In this document: one piece after another, positions 58,979 to 64,000 of the stretch
Layout: every line of letters starts with the position of its first letter
Numbering within the stretch: position 1 is the stretch's first letter
IMG/VR virus record: IMGVR_UViG_3300044716_000883
Span: 115,382 to 179,381 of that record
Source of the DNA: a virus
Strand: one strand, 5' to 3'
Length of the DNA: 64,000 bases
Made by a program: the position numbers and the translations under genes
Notes under the pieces: model-generated
What the model saw: only the letters and a program-made list of their open reading frames with translations
Databases searched by the model: none
What the model was told of the DNA's origin: nothing

Positions 58979-60829
58979 ATGGATGTAACGCAAGAAATTC
59001 TTAGCGAAATCACAACGTACATGAAGTACGCTAAGTATGTGCCTGAATTGAAAAGAAGAGAAACCTGGACTGAATTAGTTACGCGTAATAAAGAAATGCA
59101 TCAAACTAAATTCCCCCAACTAAAAAATGAAATCGAAGAAGCTTATAAATTGGTCTACGCTAAAAAGGTTTTACCATCAATGCGTAGCTTACAGTTTGCG
59201 GGCAAGCCCATTGAACTTAATAATGCTCGTATATTTAATTGCAGTTTTCTGCCTATTGATGATTGGCGTTCATTCAGCGAAATAATGTTCTTATTATTGA
59301 GCGGATGCGGAGTAGGCTACTCAGTACAAACTCACCACATAGATCAACTACCTGAAATTAAGGTACCAACTAAACAAAAAAGATACCTAATAGGCGACAG
59401 TATTGAAGGATGGGCTGATGCTGTAAGAATGCTTTGTAAAGCGTATTTTACAGGTGCTCCTTTGCCTCTATTCGACTTTAGAGACATCAGAGCAAAAGGC
59501 GCTCAGTTAATCACTGTAGGTGGTAAAGCACCTGGTCCTGAACCATTAAAAGAATGTTTATTCAACTTACAAAAAGTATTTGATCGTAAACAAAATGGTG
59601 ATAGATTAACATCAATCGATGCTCATGATATGGCTTGCCATATTGCAGATGCAGTATTATCTGGTGGTATTAGACGTGCAGCATTAATCTCATTATTCAA
59701 TTTGGATGATGAAGCAATGTTAACATGTAAGTTTGGTAGCTGGTGGGAAGAAAACCCACAAAGAGGACGTGCTAACAACTCTGCAGTTGTAATGCGTCAT
59801 AAAATTGATGAAGAAGAATTCTTTAAATTATGGAAGAAAATTGAATTAAGTGGATCTGGTGAACCAGGCATTTATTTCTCAAATGATAAAGACTGGGGTA
59901 CTAACCCATGTTGTGAAATTGCTTTACGTTCTTATCAGTTCTGTAACTTATGTGAAGTAAACGTTTCAAATGTTGAATCACAAGAAGACTTAAATGAAAG
60001 AGTACGTGTAGGTGCCTTTATTGGCACATTACAAGCAGCATATACTGATTTCCATTACTTAAGAGATATATGGCGTAAAACAACTGAAAAAGATGCTTTA
60101 CTAGGTGTTGGTATGACAGGTATTGGATCTGGAACTATATTAGCTTATGACTTGAAGAAAGCAGCTGATTTAGCTAAAGAAGAAAATGCAAGAGTAGCAG
60201 AATTAATTGGTGTTAACAAAGCAGCTCGTGTAACTACAGTTAAACCATCAGGTACTTCATCATTAGTATTAGGTACTGCAAGTGGTATTCACGCTTGGCA
60301 CAATGACTTCTACATCAGACGTATTCGTGTAGGTAAAAACGAAGCTATTTACTCCTACTTAGCAGCTAACCACCCAGAATTAGTTGAAGATGATTTCTTC
60401 AAACCAACAATTCAAGCTGTAATTTCAGTACCACAACGTGCTCCACAAGGATCAATTTTAAGAACTGAAAACGTAATGGATATGTTAGAGCGTGTTAAGA
60501 AATTTAACATGCAGTGGGTTAAAAAAGGACATAGAAAAGGTGCTAACACAAACAACGTATCTGCAACTGTATCAATTCAAGAAGGCGAATGGGAACAAGT
60601 AGGACAGTGGATGTGGGAAAACAGAAACACATTCAATGGCTTATCAGTATTACCTTATTTTGGAGGTACATACAAACAAGCTCCATTCGAAGATATTACT
60701 GAAGAACAATTCAATGAAATGGCTCAACACCTACATTCAATTGATTTAAGTAAGGTTGTTGAATTTAGCGATGAAACAGCATTAATGGATCAAGCAGCTT
60801 GTGCTGGTGGTGCATGTGAAATAGTATAA
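58979..60829 (+). CDS. nrdJ: Class II (B12-dependent) ribonucleotide reductase, monomeric RTPR type
   Basis: FNCSF, GCGVG, RRAALI, TNPCCEI, CNL, VKPSGT, C-terminal ACAGGACEI; no small subunit nearby. Confidence 0.85.
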   Translation: MDVTQEILSEITTYMKYAKYVPELKRRETWTELVTRNKEMHQTKFPQLKNEIEEAYKLVYAKKVLPSMRSLQFAGKPIELNNARIFNCSFLPIDDWRSFSEIMFLLLSGCGVGYSVQTHHIDQLPEIKVPTKQKRYLIGDSIEGWADAVRMLCKAYFTGAPLPLFDFRDIRAKGAQLITVGGKAPGPEPLKECLFNLQKVFDRKQNGDRLTSIDAHDMACHIADAVLSGGIRRAALISLFNLDDEAMLTCKFGSWWEENPQRGRANNSAVVMRHKIDEEEFFKLWKKIELSGSGEPGIYFSNDKDWGTNPCCEIALRSYQFCNLCEVNVSNVESQEDLNERVRVGAFIGTLQAAYTDFHYLRDIWRKTTEKDALLGVGMTGIGSGTILAYDLKKAADLAKEENARVAELIGVNKAARVTTVKPSGTSSLVLGTASGIHAWHNDFYIRRIRVGKNEAIYSYLAANHPELVEDDFFKPTIQAVISVPQRAPQGSILRTENVMDMLERVKKFNMQWVKKGHRKGANTNNVSATVSIQEGEWEQVGQWMWENRNTFNGLSVLPYFGGTYKQAPFEDITEEQFNEMAQHLHSIDLSKVVEFSDETALMDQAACAGGACEIV

Positions 60830-60831
60830 AA

Positions 60832-60900
60832 ATGAGTCATGATAATCTAGTACAAAACATAATAAGTGGAGTGTACGGAAGCATAAAAGGAAATAGATGA
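60832..60900 (+). CDS. 22-aa ORF MSHDNLVQNIISGVYGSIKGNR
   Basis: Fills the gap; its TGA overlaps the next ATG (ATGA). Confidence 0.4.
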   Translation: MSHDNLVQNIISGVYGSIKGNR

Positions 60901-61100
60901 AACAGTTTATTGAAAATGTAGATTATTATATAGAGGGCGAGCGCGTGATTTTCACTGCGCTCGCTCACATTAATAGAGGCGAATGCTGTGGAAATGGTTG
61001 TAGACACTGCCCCTACTCTCCAAAACACACTAGGAAAAATGTGGTATTGGCAGAAAAATTACTTAAATTTAATCCAAATAAAGAAAATGGATCCAAATAA
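60897..61100 (+). CDS. Small Cys-rich protein (DUF5522-like)
   Basis: DYY......FT...H..RG.CCGNGCRHCPY. Confidence 0.7.
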   Translation: MKQFIENVDYYIEGERVIFTALAHINRGECCGNGCRHCPYSPKHTRKNVVLAEKLLKFNPNKENGSK

Positions 61101-61248
61101 AATGCACGAACGAGTGCTCGAAATACAGAAAAACATAACTGTAGCAACCCCAGAACAACAAACAGCAATGTTAGGTGAATTACTTGATATTGCATCTAAG
61201 GTAGAACAATCATTATCTGATATTAAAATTGATATCGATGAGGAATAA
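61087..61248 (+). CDS. Small hypothetical protein (53 aa); likely start is ATG 61087 rather than the track start 60988
   Basis: Overlap coupling with its neighbours. Confidence 0.55.
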   Translation: MDPNKMHERVLEIQKNITVATPEQQTAMLGELLDIASKVEQSLSDIKIDIDEE

Positions 61249-61450
61249 TATAGTGGAGGGAATATTAGTTGTTATTGGTTTAATTATGCTAGTAGCAATG
61301 TTGTTTGGATTACCATTACAAATACTATGGAATCTACTTATGCCTGAATTATTCAGCTTACCATACATTAGTTTTTGGCAGGCTTGTGGTTTAAATTTAA
61401 TAGCAGGTATTCTATTCAGATCAAATATCACAGTAAAAAATAAAGATTAA
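61238..61450 (+). CDS. Small membrane protein
   Basis: Hydrophobic; LWN.LMPELF.LP.ISFWQA.GL. Confidence 0.6.
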   Translation: MRNNIVEGILVVIGLIMLVAMLFGLPLQILWNLLMPELFSLPYISFWQACGLNLIAGILFRSNITVKNKD

Positions 61451-61451
61451 C

Positions 61452-61919
61452 ATGGCACAAAACAAATTTCAATCAACAAAGTTGTTTGACGGTTTCAGTA
61501 CAGTATTCCGTCAATGGAAAGCAGAAGGAACACACTGTAGATTTCTTCATGGATACGGAGTATCATTTAGAGTATGGTTCGAAGGTGATTTAGACGAACG
61601 TAATTGGGTTTGGGACTTTGGGGGTATGAAACGTGCTAAAAATGCCATTGATGGTAAGAACCCTAAAGAGTGGATGGATTATATGTTTGATCATACTACA
61701 ATCGTAGCTGAAGATGATCCAGGATTAGGTGGATTTAAAACAATGGATGAACTTGGTATTATACAATTAAGAATAATCCCAGCTGTTGGAGCAGAACAAT
61801 TTGCAAAGTATGTTTTTGAGAAGTTAGATGATTTTGTTAGACAAGAAACTGAAGGTAGAGTTAAAGTAGCGAAAGTGGAATTCATGGAACACGCTAAAAA
61901 CACTGCCATATATGAGTAA
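61452..61919 (+). CDS. queD: QueD / 6-carboxytetrahydropterin synthase-like T-fold protein
   Basis: HCRFLHGY, WVWDFG.MK, FDHTT, GAEQFA, EH..N.AIY. Confidence 0.8.
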   Translation: MAQNKFQSTKLFDGFSTVFRQWKAEGTHCRFLHGYGVSFRVWFEGDLDERNWVWDFGGMKRAKNAIDGKNPKEWMDYMFDHTTIVAEDDPGLGGFKTMDELGIIQLRIIPAVGAEQFAKYVFEKLDDFVRQETEGRVKVAKVEFMEHAKNTAIYE

Positions 61920-62205
61920 GAAACTTGACAAAAACCTAGAAAAATTACGTCGCAAGATGCTTCGTGAAGAGTACGAACAACAACACCCACACCATAGTGA
62001 AGGCTTGTGGGAAGAATTAAATTTAGAAAATAACAGCTACTGGGATGTAGACCATCTAGAGAAAAAAAATGCAAAAACAAACCAGGGTATCAAATACTGG
62101 GAAGAAAGGTATGCTAATGCATCTGGTAATATGGGAAAATGGTATTGTCAAATTAGAATTAATAAATTAAAAAAGAAACTCCACACCTATGAAAATAAGT
62201 CATGA
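61912..62205 (+). CDS. Hypothetical protein
   Basis: 97-aa coupled ORF. Confidence 0.55.
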   Translation: MSKKLDKNLEKLRRKMLREEYEQQHPHHSEGLWEELNLENNSYWDVDHLEKKNAKTNQGIKYWEERYANASGNMGKWYCQIRINKLKKKLHTYENKS

Positions 62206-62974
62206 GCTGCCTTTAGGCTTAATGCATTATGCTTACCAATGGAATGATTACGATTATTGCTTACCACATTTAATTGATCACTACGACCAATACAGAATAT
62301 TCTTTCAGAAATCACGTTTAGATAAACGTTTTATTATAATGGATAATGGTTTATTCGAAGGAGTAGTTCACACAACTGAAGATTTATTAGAAAAGATTAA
62401 TTTAGTACGCCCTGACATATTCATAGTACCAGACGCTTGGAATGATGCTACAACTACTCTTCGCAACGCTAAGAGTTGGATGATTAATTACAAGCAACAT
62501 CTACCAGAAGGTGTTAATCTAATGGCAGTATGTCAAGGACAAGATATAGGTGAATTAATTACAACATATCAAACATTAGTTGATTTAGGTTATACCCACA
62601 TTGCATTTAATCATTCTAGTATTGCATACCAAAAAGAATATGGCAATCTAGAACATCTAAAAGCAGCAATGTATGGTAGAATGGAATTAATTAGACGTTT
62701 AGTCCAATCAGATATTATCAGAAAATCATTCTATCATCACTTATTAGGTTGTTCATTACCACAAGAATTTATGTCATATGCTGATTGGAAATTTATCAAA
62801 TCAGTGGATACGTCTAATCCAATTTTAGTTGGAGCTGAAGGGGTAAGATACACTGATAGTGGTATTAGTTTCAAACCAAAAGAAAAACTTGAACATTATT
62901 TTGAGAAAGATTTAAGCGGGCAGAAAGAAGATATTATATTTAATGTACACAAGTTTAAATCATTTATTAAATAA
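62189..62974 (+). CDS. TGT-fold (DpdA-like) transglycosylase candidate
   Basis: IMDNGLFEG, PD, AV.QG, HLLG, SVDTS; located between queD and queC. Confidence 0.55.
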   Translation: MKISHELPLGLMHYAYQWNDYDYCLPHLIDHYDQYRIFFQKSRLDKRFIIMDNGLFEGVVHTTEDLLEKINLVRPDIFIVPDAWNDATTTLRNAKSWMINYKQHLPEGVNLMAVCQGQDIGELITTYQTLVDLGYTHIAFNHSSIAYQKEYGNLEHLKAAMYGRMELIRRLVQSDIIRKSFYHHLLGCSLPQEFMSYADWKFIKSVDTSNPILVGAEGVRYTDSGISFKPKEKLEHYFEKDLSGQKEDIIFNVHKFKSFIK

Positions 62975-62980
62975 AAAGTT

Positions 62981-63181
62981 ATGACAGAATTTATTTCACT
63001 TTACGATTATTTAGGTAAAGCAGCAGGTAAAGAATTAGGTAAGCAAGTAGCAGAAGTTGCATCAGCATCTAGAGTACCATGCAAAACAAGACAAGTATCA
63101 AATACAAAATATGCTGGTCCTGTTATGTTATATCCAAGAATATTTTTGGAGTTATATTTTATAGCACATAATAACGCTTAA
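62981..63181 (+). CDS. Small hypothetical protein
   Basis: 66 aa; SLYDYLGKAAG.ELG.QV. Confidence 0.6.
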   Translation: MTEFISLYDYLGKAAGKELGKQVAEVASASRVPCKTRQVSNTKYAGPVMLYPRIFLELYFIAHNNA

Positions 63182-63237
63182 ACGGGAGTAAGCGTTTAAT
63201 AAGTAAATACGATCCCAAACAAATAAATTCATTTTAA

Positions 63238-64000
63238 ATGAAACAAGCAGTTTTATCATTATCAGGTGGTATGGACAGTAGTTCATTATTGTTACACCTA
63301 TTAGCTAATGGCTATGAAGTAACAGCATTGGGTTTTGATTATGGTCAAAAGCACAAAGTAGAATTAGAGCGTGCTACATCATTAGTTGACTATGTAAATG
63401 AAAAAAACTGTGGATGTGGTGGTAAACCTATCTACGGAAATATAACATTTCAAATTATTAAATTAGATGGTTTATCTCAATTATTAAATTCATCTTTAGT
63501 AACTGGTGGTAGTGATGTTCCTGAAGGACACTACGAACAAGACAACATGAAAGAAACAGTTGTACCTAATCGTAATAAGATTTTCTCTTCATTAATTCAA
63601 GCTGTAGCATTATCGCTTGCAACTAAAGATTTAGGAGGTGGAGTTTTAGAAAAAAGAGATGTAGCTATTGCTATGGGTATTCATGCTGGTGATCATGCTA
63701 TTTATCCTGATTGTAGACAAGAGTTCCGTGATGTTGATTTTGAAGCATTTAAAACAGGCAATTGGGACTCAGAATTAGTATACCACTACACTCCATATCT
63801 TGAAGTTAATAAATTTGATATTTTAGAGGACGGGCAAAGATCTTGTGATATCTTGGGTCTCGATTTTAATGAGGTATATAAGCGTACTAATACATCTTAT
63901 AAACCAATTTACTACTGTCAAGGAGATGAATATGGTGAATGGTATTCTGATTATAAATCAGCTGCATCAGTAGAGCGTATTGAAGCATTCATTAAATTAG
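63238..64000 (+). CDS. queC: 7-cyano-7-deazaguanine synthase QueC, 3'-truncated by the window and absent from the ORF track
   Basis: MKQAVLSLSGGMDSS, FDYGQKH, TVVPNRN, GIHAGDHAIYPDCR.EF, TPY, ERIEAF. Confidence 0.9.
   Translation, partial: MKQAVLSLSGGMDSSSLLLHLLANGYEVTALGFDYGQKHKVELERATSLVDYVNEKNCGCGGKPIYGNITFQIIKLDGLSQLLNSSLVTGGSDVPEGHYEQDNMKETVVPNRNKIFSSLIQAVALSLATKDLGGGVLEKRDVAIAMGIHAGDHAIYPDCRQEFRDVDFEAFKTGNWDSELVYHYTPYLEVNKFDILEDGQRSCDILGLDFNEVYKRTNTSYKPIYYCQGDEYGEWYSDYKSAASVERIEAFIKL

Noticed and set aside
60988-61086. Track start of the 86-aa ORF
   Set aside because: It overlaps most of the DUF5522-like gene; ATG 61087 is the more plausible start.
58705-61100. Thioredoxin + class II RNR + small Cys-rich gene as a novel system
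   Set aside because: Ordinary phage nucleotide-metabolism arrangement; no intein or intron is seen in nrdJ, dnaB or polA.
61452-61919. DpdL decarboxylase instead of QueD
   Set aside because: It retains the QueD catalytic Cys and DF/DH motifs, and I see no HRH-type motif.
61691-62080. 129-aa minus-strand ORF
   Set aside because: Overlaps queD and the next gene on the opposite strand; no recognisable motif.
63173-63237. preQ1-I riboswitch upstream of queC
   Set aside because: Lacks the conserved loop (UUC...C) and AUAAAAAACUA tail; kept only as a generic structure.
1-64000. Stop-codon reassignment as seen in some large phages
   Set aside because: Genes are full length in the standard code, and TAA, TAG and TGA all end coupled genes.

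Overview
A 64-kb segment of a large, AT-rich tailed phage with a contractile tail. All credible genes are on the + strand and read in the standard genetic code. The host is probably Bacteroidota, inferred from five TTG-N20/21-TAnnTTT promoter-like elements and the lack of obvious Shine-Dalgarno motifs. Gene order: (1) tail completion protein and fibre/adhesin genes, 1-16.7 kb, including a 2369-aa Ser-rich repeat fibre, three LamG proteins and a proline-free collagen fibre with an S74 chaperone domain; (2) a ~17-kb glycan synthesis and decoration island, 16.7-33.9 kb; (3) a cassette at 33.9-38.1 kb encoding a putative circularly permuted ATP-grasp + Hint + Cys-rich-peptide fusion followed by sulfotransferase, 2OG-Fe(II) oxygenase, GAMT-like methyltransferase and GNAT genes, which is the most novel-looking system here; (4) tail sheath, tube, chaperone with a predicted +1 frameshift, tape measure and baseplate genes, 39-52 kb; (5) replication genes (deviant PolA, SSB, RecA, 5'-3' exonuclease, DnaB, thioredoxin, class II RNR); (6) the start of a 7-deazaguanine cluster (QueD, TGT/DpdA-like, QueC running off the window end). 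All family assignments come from motif recognition by eye; no database searches were run. No tRNA, rRNA, CRISPR array, integrase or transposase was seen.
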